A stretch of 64,000 nucleotides of DNA from Eledone cirrhosa (taxonomy: Eukaryota): contig OZ024743.1 in the NCBI GenBank assembly GCA_964016885.1, positions 226,238,001 to 226,302,000 on the forward strand. The letters are read 5' to 3'. This document shows positions 27,245-44,214 of the stretch, piece by piece. A program made the position numbers and the translations under genes. The first letter of the stretch is position 1, and each line of letters begins with the position of its first letter. The notes under the pieces were generated by a model. It was not told the origin of the DNA and did not search any database. It worked only from the letters and a program-made list of their open reading frames with translations.

Positions 27245-27650
27245 GGTGTGTATGTGTAAAGCTGCAATGATACAGAAACATAGCTATATGTCATGCAAAA
27301 CTATTTACATGTTTTTCTGCTCGTACAATTACGAACACAAACACACGTATATATGTATATCAGACCTCACAGATAAATACACTAGAGCAAACATATTTAC
27401 AATAACACATATATACACTTACAAGGACAAATAGCAAATGAACTGCTGGGAAAGTCATAAATCAAAAACAACCAATTGTTTTAACAATAATGACAAGTAA
27501 AGTGTTTGTATCACACACACTAGTATATATATATATATATATATATATAGGTATGTATATATATATATATATAATATAATATATATATATATATATAGAG
27601 AGAGATAGAGAGAGAGAGATAGATAGATATTTATACTCACACAGACACAC

Positions 27651-27697
<47 letters not shown>

Positions 27698-27839
27698 AAT
27701 ATGTATATACACACCCAAACACACGCGCACGCATATCAATCTATCCATTTATCTCTCTCTCTCTCTTTCTCTTTCTCCTCTCTCTATCTCTAACTCTCTC
27801 TCTCTCTATATCTATATATAAATAAATAAATGTTTACAC

Positions 27840-27987
<148 letters not shown>

Positions 27988-28376
27988 GCATAAATATGCT
28001 TATGAATACATGCATGTGTATGTATATATACAGACATAAATGAAAGAATTAAACAAAGCTAGATAACCACAAGTGGACATAATGCTCGTCACATAACAAC
28101 GAAGCGTTTGAATCTGATATTCTATGGCAATTTCATGCCCGTCTGACATTTGAATTCTTCAGTTTATATTTCCACTGTCGTAAGCTTGAGTGTTTTTCAA
28201 TTAACCAAATATATCAAAGTTCACCTAACGCCTACATAGTGACTGTTTTATTTCTTAATAGTATTACATTACGTTATGCTGCGTTTGCGCATGTTCTGTG
28301 GGTGAACTGTGTTTATCGATAGACACACACAAACACATACTTATAAGTATATATTAAGTATATGAATATATATATA

Positions 28377-28462
28377 TAACGAAGGAGTTGTGGTAAGGAA
28401 CCAGATGGACCATAACGCACCAGAGTACTCAATACTTAGGGTAGTAGAGTGGGTAATAGGAG
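28377..28462. mobile_element. Family F copy (partial)
   Basis: Sequence identity to the 6100 and 42806 copies. Confidence 0.85.
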
Positions 28463-28513
28463 AAATATGTTTATCAGAAAGCTGTTGAAGTGTGTATAAA
28501 TGTTTTTAGGAGA

Positions 28514-28554
<41 letters not shown>

Positions 28555-28712
28555 TATATATATACACACACACATATATATATATAAATATATATAAACG
28601 TTTGAATATGTATAATAAAGCCAAAACAATGCAGGTATGGACATAGAATAAAGAATGCAAATGCAAAAGATATTTGTTGACAATTAGTCTTTTACCTTAG
28701 ATTTATTTAAAT

Positions 28713-28752
28713 GTCCTTAATTTTCGAGATAATATCTCTTCATCAGAGGGAA
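28713..28752 (-). ncRNA. Minimal hammerhead in the P1 3' pLTR
   Basis: CCT-CTGATGA-A-GAGA tatta TCTC-GAAA-AT-TA^AGG. Confidence 0.7.
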
Positions 28753-29176
28753 TTAAAGGTCTCAAACCAGCGTTCTAAATAGCTTGCCAAGTCATGCTGA
28801 CAGGAAATGGTATAGAGTATCTGTTCTATCGCTAATGTCAAAGAGTTAAAATTAGGTGGATAAAGAGTAGTCTCCCTTTAAAAGGTTTTTTTTTTGTTTT
28901 TTTTTGTTTTTTTTATATACATGCCTGTTTAAGTGTGTGGGAGAATGCATGAAGGTGTAAGTATGTGAGTGTGTGTGTGTGAGTGTGAGAAGATAAGTCT
29001 ATTCGTAAATGTGGGGGATAGGTGTTATCTGGTGTTAGAACTGGTTTTGTGTGTGTATGTGTGAGAGAGAATAAGTGGAGGTGTAAGCGTGTGTGTGTGT
29101 GTGCGTGCGTCCGTGTGTGTATGTGTGTGTGTGGGGGGCGGGGGGGGGGGGGGTAAATATGGGGCTAGAAGCTGTA

Positions 29177-30870
29177 TCAGGTTATAAATTGGGTGTTGAG
29201 TTCTAGTCTATTATTGATTGGTGGTTGTGTTTTATCTATAATTAGTGCTTCCTTAATTCTAAGATTGCCGAGGTTTCTTTCCTTACTTTCTATCCTAACT
29301 GTTATGGTTTTGTCGGTGTTTTTGCATTTAACTAGGTGTTTCTTAAATGAGGAAGCGTTAGAATTGAGGTGTTCTTTTATTCTTATGTGGAGTGGTCTGG
29401 TGGTGCTAGTTACGTAGAAGTTGTTGCATTTGTCACACTCTAGTCTGTATACGACGTAAGCCTGGTGGCATAGGTCTGTGTCGTTGATGGGGCAATTGGC
29501 TAGTCTGCAGCAGTTGTCATGTCTGGTGGAGTGTCTTTTGGTTAGCTGTCCGCGTAGAGAAGGACCTGAGTGGGCCAGTTGGATATCTAGTCCCTCTCGT
29601 CTGATAGCTCTGCGGATGGCTGTTGTTGTTTCTTCACTGGAGTGTGGGAGCTTCAGGAAGCAAGTGTTAGTGTCTCGGGTGTGGTGTCCTCTGTTCTTTC
29701 TGGCACGGTTTGTGGTGGATCCGTTCAGTTTGAGTACTTCCAGGAAATGTGTGGTGTGTGTGTCTCGGTCTCTAGCGTCGGTGCATTTGTTCTGGATACG
29801 TGCCAGTTCGTTCCTTATGTATCCGAACTTGGCACCGAGTGGGAGGGCCGATCTGAAATGTACGAACAGGCCCCTACTGGCGGCTTTTTATTTATAGAAG
29901 CAGGTGTGGATGTTGCCTCCCTCTGTTACCCTGAGTTGGAAGTCCAGTAGGGATAGGGATCCGCGGTCATCGGGGTGTTCCATGCTGAACTTTATACTGG
30001 CGTCCATGCTGGAGAATGTTGCGTATATTTTATCTGCCTCCTCACGGGATGATGTAAGGATGAGTATGTCATCTACATATCGGGTGAAGAAGGTATGGGA
30101 ATGGCAGGTGTTGAGGGCTCGGCATTCTAGCTGGTTCATGTAGGTGATGGCCAGCAGTCCCGATAGGCTGGATCCCATGGGTAATCCTGCTGTCAGTCTG
30201 TATGTGTGGTGGTGGAAGGTGAAGTACGTGTTGTCTACTGTGAAGGACAAAAGCTGGTGTATGTCCGTCGGGTGGAGGCCGTAGCAGTGGATGTCCTCTG
30301 CGACCACGCAGTCTGTCAATAAATCGACAGCTGGATGGGCGGCGACTGTAGTGTAGAGGGAGACAACGTCGAGGCTAAAGGCGTATTTATTTAGTTTAAG
30401 TTGTTCTGGCTGGAGTTGGTGTAGTCTACGTATAACTTCGTCGGAGCTACTGACATGCCCGGGAAAGGTGGAGAGTAGAGGCTTGAGGACCTGGGAAAGG
30501 AGCCAGAAAATTTTGTATAGGGGTCCTTCTATGCTAGAGACGATGGGTCTTATTTGCGTCTTAGTACTCTTCTTGTGGGTCTTGATGAGGTGGTAGAAAG
30601 TGGGCAGTCTGCTATTTCTAGTGGTGTAGTTGAGCTTAACTTTATTTGGGAGTTGTCTTCTCCTACAGATATCGAACCAGATGGAGTTGGTCTGTTTTTC
30701 GATCTGGGCTGCAGTCATGTCCGGGATCTCTGTGTATAATTCATTGTCGCTTAGGTGTTCAAAGGCTACGTTGTTGTATGTGGCTTGAGAGATGACACAA
30801 AACTCTTTACCTTTGTCGGATGGTAAGTATATAAGTTCCCTATTCCGTAGGTTCTTCAGGGCGAGTTGTT
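29177..30870 (-). pseudogene. P1 RT-GIY-YIG ORF (one in-frame stop at 29888)
   Basis: PSDKGKEF, KTHK..RPIVS, DVVSLY, GLPMGS, RYVDD; my manual translation continues CRLANCP..C..VVYRLECDKCNNFYV..RIKEH..EAL..IN to TGA at 29177. Confidence 0.88.
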
Positions 30871-31425
30871 GAACATACTACACTGCCAATACAGAGGAAC
30901 AAGGCAACAACACACGCACATACACACAAGCGAGACAACAACACACGCACACACACAGTAACATTTAACAAACAGACAGAGAATTGGCTGACAGCTAGCG
31001 CCAACCCACTCCCACATTCGGCCGCTGACCTCTGCCCGACCGACCCCATTTCATGCGCACGCGCGCTCTGCTGAATACCTCAGATATTCAAAACAACAAA
31101 CAGCGGAGGACGCGTTTCGCACCTTTCCGACAGATAACCTTTCCCCCAACCCGGAAAAAAACACCAGTTGATGGATGTGAATCCGAAATATATAGGGACT
31201 ATTAAATCTCTCCCAAGGTAACTCTCTCTCTCTGGTGTTGTTATTTTTATTTTATCCTTTATACTCTTTCCTTTATTCTTCTACACGCCTTATACACACC
31301 ACGCATCTCAACGTACACCCACTTACATCTCTCTCTCCACCACCGGATCTTGTTACCCGGAGATTTACCCATTTGCATTGTCGAGGCTTCCAAACGACTT
31401 AAAGATATTTACCTATTATTCCACA

Positions 31426-34024
31426 ATGCTTCAAGCCAACTTCAATACTCTATTATCCTTACACCTGGGCCAGGAATTGTTTGCATCCGTAAGGGAGCTG
31501 TTTAGACTGTCGGAGAAATGGGCCAACGCTGGCTGTCAAATTATTTTCCTTAAACGCTGCCTAAAAAACGATGTCATCCCCAACACCATCAGGAACATCC
31601 GCTTACCAGTAAGCCTACGTACACCAGCTTTCCAAAACACCACTAACCGCATACATCGCACGTGTATTAAACAGATCCTGAGACATCTCAACCGCCAATT
31701 ACACGTCCATAAGCGGACACTCTCAAAGCGGACACTTCGACTGTCAATAGCACCCGGGGACTTGCTCCTGAAAATCACTAAAGCAATCGACCAGTGCTAC
31801 CACTCCAGAGTCCAATACGAGAAAAAACGGCTCAAGCGAAAATATGAGTGGATCTTGTCGAAACGCCACAACGAGAATATCGACACTAACGAACAGACGG
31901 ACCAGAACCACTTGGAAAACAACAACTTAACAACCGCCACCGCCGCATCCACAAACACCGAGCCACACCTCAACGATGCGACGCACCTGGTCACTGACCT
32001 AACCGGCACTCTCACGAACGACGAGCTGAAACTCCTACACCTCGGACTCAAGTTCATCGTCTCACAACGTCTCGACGACAGACTGAAACTCAACATCGAG
32101 GCCAACTTTTGTCGAGCCGCTTACCAACTTAAATGGGTGACCGCCATCAATAGCGCCACAGAAAATAACAGCGCCTACGCAACCCACCCCAAGTTCCCCA
32201 CTTACCACCGAGACAACCCACTCCACCTCCACCCTCCAACCACGAACTCGACACTAAACTCATCAGGCTAAAACACTCCATCTCGGATATACTTCACAAA
32301 CACACACACGCACAACACATAACCTCACCAAATATCAACTCACCACTCTCTCCAACCTAAAATCGAAGAACCTCATCTATCTCCCCTCCGACAAAGGAAA
32401 AGAATTCTGCGTCATCAGCAGAGAGGCCTACAACACCCTGGCCCTCCAACACCTTGACGATGACAACCTCTACTCCAAGGTCACAGGAATCACTCCCGCG
32501 CAGATAGAAGAGCACATCAACGCCGCCTGGACCAACATCTGCGACCGGCGGAAGCTCCCGAAGAAGCTGAGATACAACCTCCTCACGAGGAACAGCAGAC
32601 TACCCGCCTTCTACCACCTCGTGAAAACACACAAACAGGGACCCGACCTGAAGATCAGGCCCATTGTATCGAGCGTGGAGGGACCACTCTACAAAATTTC
32701 ATGGCTCCTAGCCAGAATACTCAAACCCATCTTAGACACCTTGCCGGGACACATTAACAGCTCCGAGGAGGTGTTGAAGCGCCTGCATCAAATGGATCCC
32801 GACACCAGAAGGAATAACAGATATGCCTTCAGCCTTGATATAGTCGCTCTCTACACCTCGGTCCCGGCACTCCCGGCCGTCAATATACTGATGGAACGCG
32901 TCCAATCCACCGACCTACACTGCTTCGGGCTCACCACCACTGACATCCACCAACTCCTATCCATCGTCGTCGTCAACACCTACTTCGGATTCCTTGACCA
33001 AACATACCAACAAACCTCGTGATTGCCCATGGGATCAAGCCTGTCGGGTGTGCTAGCGATCTCTTACATGGACAACATCGAGCGCAAGGCACTCAACGCC
33101 TGCCACCCTAACGCCGTCGCCTTTTTCTCAAGGTACGTGGACGATATCTTCATCCTCACATCTTCCCAAGACACGGCAAACAGAATATATGAGACGTTCA
33201 ACAACACGGACGAGAACATTGACTTCAGTGTTGAACACCCCAACGAAGACGGGTCACTTGCCCTCCTCGACTTCCGAATCAACATCACGTAACAGGGAAG
33301 GATCCACTGCAACTTCTACCGAAAGGCAGCCTGCAGGAACCTGTTCGTTCACTACAAGTCCGCCCTCCCTAACAGTGCCAAAAGAGGATACATCACGAAC
33401 GAGATCGCGCGAATCAAAAACAGATGCAGCGATCCTGCGTGTGGTGTCTCTCATACCAAGCGATTCATCGAGGTGCTGGAGACGAACCCTACCTCGCTCA
33501 CAGACAGAGCAGGAGACACCAGACACAAGAGACAGAGATGCACCCAAGGCAAGTGCTTCCTTAAAATGCCACACCTGGGCGAGAATACCACCAACGCTAT
33601 CCGCAAGGCTATACAGAGGGGGGCGAGGCTCGACATCCACCTGGCCCACTCGGGCCCCTCCCTGCGAAGATGCCTCTCCAGGAAACCCGGGAAATCAACT
33701 GACGCGTGCTCCCTCAGAGACTGCCTGATACGCCATTCGAACTGTTGCCTACGCACATACGTCGTGTATAAGATAGAATGTGACAGGTGCAACCAATAAT
33801 ATATAGGTAGCACAATCCGACCTTTGCACATCCGGATCAAGGAACACACTAAATCCAGAGCCTAGTCTTTCCGGAAACACATAGACAAATGCGGAAACAA
33901 AGACGGAAGGCCCATTGTCACAATTCTTGCGACTGAAAGAAACGTCGGCACGTTACGTATCAAACGCCTGACACCGCAAATAAACAATCGATCCGAGAGA
34001 AGCGAAATGAGGTGGCTGGTTTAA
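31426..34024 (+). pseudogene. P2 RT-GIY-YIG ORF, disrupted
   Basis: FLKRC..VIP N-terminus, KTHK, DIVALY, PMGS, RYVDD, Cys linker, VVYKIECDRC..YIG; several stops and frameshifts. Confidence 0.9.
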
Positions 34025-34420
34025 GTTAACAAACGATGCAGCAACACACGCACACACACACACAAACGAGACAACTACACACGCACACGCACACACACAC
34101 AGTAGCATTCCACCATACGAACATACTACACTGCCAATACAGAGGAACAAGGCAACAACACACGTACACACACACACACTCAAGCGAGACAACAACACAC
34201 ACACACACACACACACAGTAACATTTAACAAACAGGCAGAGAATGGACTGACAGCTAGCGCCACCCCACTCCCACATTCGGCCGCTGACCTCTGCCCGAC
34301 CGACCCCATTTCACGCGCACGCGCGCTCTGTTGAATACCTCAGATATTCAAAATAACAAACAGCGGAGGACGCGTTTCGCACCTTTCCGACAGACAACCT
34401 TTCCCCCACCCCGGAAAAAA

Positions 34421-34456
34421 CCCCAGTTGATGGATGTGAATCCGAAATATATAGGG
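34421..34456 (+). ncRNA. Variant-core minimal hammerhead-like motif in the P2 pLTR (also 31162-31197 and 56697-56731)
   Basis: CCC-CAGTTGA-T-GGAT gtga ATCC-GAAA-TATA-TA^GGG; core deviates from CUGANGA. Confidence 0.55.
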
Positions 34457-34659
34457 ACAATTAAATCTCTCCCAAGGTAACTCTCTCTCTCGTGTTGTTA
34501 TTTTTATTTTATCCTTTATACTTTTTCCTTCATTCTTCTACGTACACCCACTTACATCTCTCTTTCCACCACCGGATCTTGTTACCCGGAGATTTACCCA
34601 TTTGCATTGTCGAGGCTTCCAAACGACTTAAAGATATTTACCCATATATATATATATAC

Positions 34660-35105
34660 ATATAATTAGTATTTGTGTCCCAATATAGCGATATACACAA
34701 GTGTTTACGTGTTATATATCGAATAATAAACGAGATGTTTATGAAAAACATTTAAAAACCTTTCGCTATGAATTTTTAAGGGTGTGACCAGCGTCGCACC
34801 GCATCTCAGCAAAATCAAGGGGAAGCAATCGACCACGCGTCGCTGAGTTCTTTCTCGCTCGTTGGCGGTTATCAAGATTACATATCATCCTATTTTTGCT
34901 GAGATTGATATAAGTTAGAATCAGATAGATTTTTTTGCTTATGTATATGATCTGATGAAGCTCATTTGCATATGGAGCAGTAGCAGGCTTGGCTTTAATT
35001 AAAGATTAGTATGGCTGCTCCAACAAATGTATGTCCTTGTTGTATATCGAATAACATACGGAATGTCAATGAAAAACATTTGAAAGCCTTTCACTACGAA
35101 TTTAT
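34660..35105. repeat. Non-coding element with diverged direct repeats of about 90 bp (period about 330) between (TA)n tracts
   Basis: TATATCGAATAA..ATGAAAAACATTT.AAA.CCTTTC.CTA.GAATTT at about 34715 and 35044. Confidence 0.6.
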
Positions 35106-35391
35106 ATATATATATATATATATATGTGAAGTAATTCCATGGTAAATGGAATAATTGCCTTATGTTGTTTATTACATAATAATAATATATATATATATAA
35201 ATATATATATATATGCGAGTAAAATCATAACCCATCATCTCATTCTGCTTTTGAAAAACAGAAGAACTGTGAAACCGGTAAAAGAGACAAATGGATATTC
35301 TTAAAAAGACTCCAGTTGCATTTTCGATTTCTTTCACTCGTGTAGGACATCTGTTTTTTTAATAAAAAAACAAAAAGAAAAGTCATTAGCT

Positions 35392-35429
<38 letters not shown>

Positions 35430-35435
<6 letters not shown>

Positions 35436-35802
35436 AAGTAAAAGCGAAGTAGTTTCAGGTGTTCAAGTCTTTAATAATAATGCTGTGATATATATTTCAT
35501 ATTTCAATGACGACACTGGCCACACTGTTCTGTGTGCGAGTGTTGTGGCATCATCAGACAGCTTGTTACATAAGGTTATGCTTCCGAGGCAATCCAAGTT
35601 GAATCGACATGGGAACGGACGAAGTGTGTGCTTTTGGGTTCTTCATCCGTTCCCCTTTGAGTACCAATTCACCCTCTCCGGTCTCAGGACTTGAACACCT
35701 GAAACTACTTCGCTTTTACTTATTCTATATTTACTCCGTCACTCCTATGTGGAAAAAGTACGCTGAGTGCTTGAATCGAATCGCATCAATATTTACCCTA
35801 AG
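35430..35802. mobile_element. Small (TA)n-inserted element with 38-bp inverted repeats and a hammerhead
   Basis: 35432-35469 / 35688-35725 are reverse complements. Confidence 0.8.
35482..35562 (-). ncRNA. Type I hammerhead with long stem II
   Basis: GCTGT-CTGATGA-..ACAACACT..AGTGTCGT..-GAAA-TATATA-TC^ACAGC (GAAATAT is duplicated). Confidence 0.72.
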
Positions 35803-35854
35803 TATATATATATATATACATATAAATATCATTTCTGATGTATTCATACATACA

Positions 35855-35918
<64 letters not shown>

Positions 35919-36699
35919 TATATGAATAAACATTTTTGTCTTTGATATCGAGACGAAGTGAGAGTATATTTGAATTCATAGAAAAATGAGAAAACTAGAA
36001 CAGCTGTTAAAACAACCAAATACTGTCCATGACAGCGATCGGCAAATATACTTTTGAGGACAGAGACCAGCGGACAGCAGTCAGCAGCGAGACAGTCCAC
36101 GTGAATGGCGATATACAAGACAAGTACGAAATCATGCTGATGATGAAGATGTCTGTGTGAACTTGTGTTGTACATCGCTTATATTTACTTATTTCTTCCA
36201 GTCGTTTCTATACACCAACACACTTCTCTTTGTCCCCCCTCTGTATTTCATCTGCCTGTCACGCATTTCGTAGATCAATCAAATGTGAAGAAAAACAAAT
36301 CCCTATTGGGAAAGCGACTCTACAGATTTCTAAAATACTGACCGTTCTTTGAACTATCGACATCATACTCCAAGATTGCCATTTAAATAAAAGTGTTCAG
36401 TGACTTAACAAATTTCACTGACTATATTTAGAATTAAAAACAATGGAATCAGAATAACTTGTCGCTAGGGATAATGAACACAACCACAAGGATATGGTCC
36501 GAACGTGGAAAAGCCGAACTTCCACTACCATTGCCTCCATCTCTCTCGCCCTCCCCATCTCTCTGTATGGTGAGCAATTGGGGTCTCATGTGCTGGCCTC
36601 CCACAGTGTCTCTCTGTGGACCACTGGCCGCTGGTTTCTATCTTCTGACGCATATTTTTATATCGCTGTCACAACTGTTTTGTCTTTTTTTCTATGAAT

Positions 36700-40498
<3,799 letters not shown>

Positions 40499-40641
40499 GA
40501 GTGTTTGTATCCTTATAGATTTCTATATACCGATGTCTGTGTATAAACATAGGTATAAATAGACATAAGGAAACTATTTTTGGGTGTCTTTCAAAAATGT
40601 CGTTACAGCTTTGATTTCCTCCCCCAGCGAACTTTTAGTAC

Positions 40642-40818
40642 ATTGGCAGTACCGGTATATGGTCTGACGCCATGTTTGCAAAGAGTTACGGCCCTTTATG
40701 GTCTGACTTCAAATGCCGCCGAGGTTAACTTTGCCCTTCATCCTTACGGGGTCGATAAAATAAAGCATCAGTAAAACACTGGGATAACTGCTGGCCTTGT
40801 GCCAAAAGTAGAAACAAG
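40642..40818 (+). mobile_element. tRNA-derived SINE, MetaSINE-like core
   Basis: TTCAAATGCC B-box-like motif; TTTGCCCTTCATCCTTACGGGGTCGATAAAATAAAG core. Confidence 0.85.
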
Positions 40819-40949
40819 TATATTAGTGTTTGCTATTGGTTCGTATATTTCTTTCGTTAACTAAATTTTTAATATTTAATTTTGGCTAACATTATGCGTA
40901 ACTCTTTCCATATGTGTAAACATCTATGTTTATACATCAAGCAGTTATG

Positions 40950-42450
40950 TTCGACTTTCTTTGGCAAGTCGTTTTGTCGGAACAAACGAAATCTAGACGT
41001 TTATCGCAGTGGGTATATGTTTTCATTGTCTCTTTGATTAGAATATCATGACAGTTAGCTTTCATATACTTTTCTGCTAATACAACGAAGCCACAAGCTA
41101 TAATAGTCATGTTATTATCTCAAACAACATTTCGTGTATAACTTATGACATTTATTCGCTATTTTTCTGCTGCAATACCTATATATTTTCCTCATATCTC
41201 TTTCCCACTTTCTCTTTTTTCCTCTTTCTAACTTGGTAGAATAAACCGGCTGTTCGTACCTGGAGAAGTATGGACTTTGCCAGATTTAAAATGTCCAAGA
41301 CGATGTTTTATATGACGGTGGCGTTCGTACAACTCCAGAGGGAGTTCAGGGCCCATGGATTTGTACATTTCTTAATGTGTATAGCAACAACACAGTCATG
41401 TCTCTAGATATAATCTATCTTTATGAGGACCTGAGAATTGGAAGTAATTGATTAATTCTTTATGTTGATTTTATAGTCTTCAGTTGACGTTAATCCTTTG
41501 TTTTTATTATTATTTTTTTGGTAGGCCAGTTATTGATTTTAAACATCTAAAACTCAAACCTATTTTTGGCTTTAGTCCAGAATGTTTATCTTATATTTGC
41601 TTTGATATTGCCTGACTTCCTGTCTGTTCTGTATATGGCTTTTATACCCATTTGTTATTTAGTACTATTTTGGTGTTCCGCTTTGATTTCATATTTTCTG
41701 ATGTTTTGTCATTCTAAAGCTTGATAAAATTAGCTTCTATTGCAATCATATATTTTCATTTAATATAGAGAAATACATTTTTCATATAATATTATAATAC
41801 TGATCGCCAGTTTAATTTCGCTTCTTTCTAATTGAATTTTCTACACCTACTGTGGATACGTTATGCTAGCTTTTAATTTATATCAGTCCTCTTCCTTGTG
41901 CATAATAAAGCTATACCTGGGGGATCTATTCTATTTACACCAGCCTTTGGGATGTTGGGCTCAAATTTTGAAGGAGTTGATTGTTTTTCCGGTCACGCAC
42001 TTTGATTAATTTAACTTCAAATTTATTCCAATGTTTTTTTATGACTAAAATGACTAGTGAGTTTGTAGCTGGAATCTTATTTCTAGCAGAAAGTATACTT
42101 TTCAATAGTTATTTTAATTTTCTTATAGTTTTCTTTTAGTTTCTCCCACATTACTAGGTGATGTATATTAGAAAACTCATGCTGGCGTAAGACATTGCTT
42201 CTTTTATTTTAGCAGTCGTTTATTTGGATGGATTTGAGGAATGTGAGGAATCATTAGCTGCTATGTTATGCAAATCGAAACATTACATAGAAAAATAGAG
42301 TTTACTTCATTAGATACGTCCCAGTTACTTTTCTGTTATTGTCTGTCATTATTTATCATCAGTTTATTTCTAGCCAGGGAGCAGCTGTCTTCCGTTGTTT
42401 CATAGGAAATAATTTTATTACTGATAGATTTCTGCTTTATTATTTCCTTC
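40950..42450 (-). mobile_element. Heavily decayed LINE-like coding relic
   Basis: Minus strand near 41320-41361 reads KSMGP(E)LPLELYE, resembling the RT domain-0 motif KSPGPDG.P.E.Y; no long ORF; boundaries approximate. Confidence 0.3.
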
Positions 42451-42755
42451 TCTAACTGTATTGTGTATATTCATTCATATTGCAGTGACGTATTTATTAC
42501 TGATGGTCCTTCATTTTCTCTTTATCCCTTACTCCGTCACTATGGCAACAATTTCATATGATTTTTTTGTGTCTAAATTGTGCTGTTTGTTCTTTTATAT
42601 TTAATGTGTATAGTTGAATGGCTTTGTATATTTTGTAAGTGTACTGATTTGTTTGATGAAAATAAACAAAACACACAGAAAAATGTAATAAATTAACATA
42701 TTTTACTGAATGTTTATGGACTTTCCTGCTTTCTCCGTCTATCTCTCTTTCCACA

Positions 42756-42805
<50 letters not shown>

Positions 42806-42950
42806 TATAACGAAGGAATTGTCGTAAGGAACCAGATGGACCATAACGCACCAGAGTACTTAATACTTAGGGTAGTAGAGTGGGTAATAGGAAAAAGAAT
42901 GACCCCGACGGCAGAGCTCAAGCCGTTTCGACGGCTATTTCTGGACTAAA
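42806..42950. mobile_element. Family F copy
   Basis: Sequence identity to the other copies. Confidence 0.85.
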
Positions 42951-43357
42951 TTAGAATTTTTTGCCTGGTAAATAAATAGCCGAACTTGTCAAGGGGTACT
43001 TCCTTATATGGGAAGATTGTAGTTGTCGAGAGGATTGGTCAAAATTTGTTGTAAACACAAATAAGTCTAGCATGGCAATTGGTGGGAGGCAGGGCTGGCT
43101 GAACTTGCCTGTAGAACAATGAAGGAGTGAGTAGAGCCGGTCAAGCGTTGAAAGTGAAATCTATACACCAGATTCTAAGGATAGTGTATGAAAAGTCGAA
43201 AATTCGTTCTGGAGAAAATGGAGGAGGGAGATTATAGAATAGGTAAGTCAAATGAGAGTAATAGACAATAACAAATAATATAAAGAAATATAAAAAAAAT
43301 ATATATAAAATTAGATAGTGATTAATGAATAAAAAAAAATAAAGTAGAGTCTAGAAA

Positions 43358-43592
43358 CAGCTGCTCTAATTAGTAGGTGTTGCTTGTACGGCCAAAGCTA
43401 TAGAAAAAGTTAATAAGTTGAGAATGGAAAATACTAAATAAGAAATTTTAGAAGTGGGTAGTGAAAAAATATAAAGCAAACGTTTCAGCGGTCTAACACA
43501 GCTGCTATAAATAGTTAAGCGTATTCCGCCAATGCTATCTTACAATTACAGGTTAATAAGTTGAGAATAGAAAATACTAAATAAGAAATTTT
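43358..43592. repeat. Local tandem duplication, period about 140 bp
   Basis: CAGCTGCT..GTTAATAAGTTGAGAAT.GAAAATACTAAATAAGAAATTTT occurs twice. Confidence 0.75.
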
Positions 43593-43945
43593 GAAGAAAT
43601 TTTTTTAAAGTTTTTTTTTATGTATCCTTGGAGTCATTTGAGTTCTTAAAAAATCACTTCTAACTTCCTTTATACTTCCTTACTGTTTTTATAATCTAAT
43701 TAAGTAGTTATTCCTTTGTATACTCTCTTAAATTTTCATAAATTTGGAATTATTTGGATGTTTAAGTTTTGACTTACAACTATTAATAAATATAATTTTG
43801 CCAAACTTACTTTAATCTAATAAACTATACTAGATTTTCTCTAATGTAAAATACTATACATTTAAATAATTTATAATCCATAACATACACATCTAAACCA
43901 ATATATGATTACTAATACATCTTAATATAATATAAATACTTCCGC

Positions 43946-44095
43946 TTTAATTTTTAATTTTTAATTTTTAATTTTTAATTTTTAATTTTTAATTTTTAAT
44001 TTTTAATTTTAATATTATTAAATAAAATTTTTAATATTAAAATAAATTTTAATCTTTAATTTTGATTTCTAATTTTTAATTTTAATCTAATTTTT
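43946..44095. repeat. (TTTTAA)n hexamer repeat
   Basis: Direct reading. Confidence 0.9.
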
Positions 44096-44214
44096 CAACT
44101 TATCATTATAAATATATATATATATACAAATTGCAATCAAATTTTTCCGAAAAAATATCTTACCTTCTCCAATAATTAATATTATGTATTTTGCGAAATC
44201 CAGAGACTTTCAAT

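Larger units (their letters stand above)
28590..30870 (-). mobile_element. Penelope-like element family P1, 5'-truncated
   Basis: RT plus GIY-YIG coding region on the minus strand, followed by a 3' region with a hammerhead, ending in (TA)n. Confidence 0.88.
30871..34643 (+). mobile_element. Penelope-like element family P2 copy 1: pLTR-ORF-pLTR
   Basis: Direct repeats 30871-31413 and 34119-34643 flank an RT-GIY-YIG ORF; 3' end in (TA)n. Confidence 0.93.

Noticed and set aside
28118-28168. Minus-strand CTGAAGA..GAAA
   Set aside because: Stems I and II do not pair convincingly
29193-29950. Plus-strand ORFs opposite P1 (and similar antisense ORFs opposite Tx1, P2 and P3)
   Set aside because: Shadow frames of the retroelement coding strands
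31108-31133. GACGCGTTTCG (reverse complement of GAAA-CGCG-TC) in the P2 pLTR
   Set aside because: No matching TCNTCAG core nearby, and it is not conserved in copy 2
33020-33022. In-frame TGA in the P2 ORF as possible selenocysteine (reported for some PLEs)
   Set aside because: Aligns with GGA (Gly of the GLPMG motif) in copy 2, not with a Cys; Cys-linker codons are TGY; no SECIS seen
35940-36700. GC-richer unique segment with short ORFs and TTTCTTCCAG
   Set aside because: Interrupted reading frames and no recognisable homology; a host exon cannot be supported
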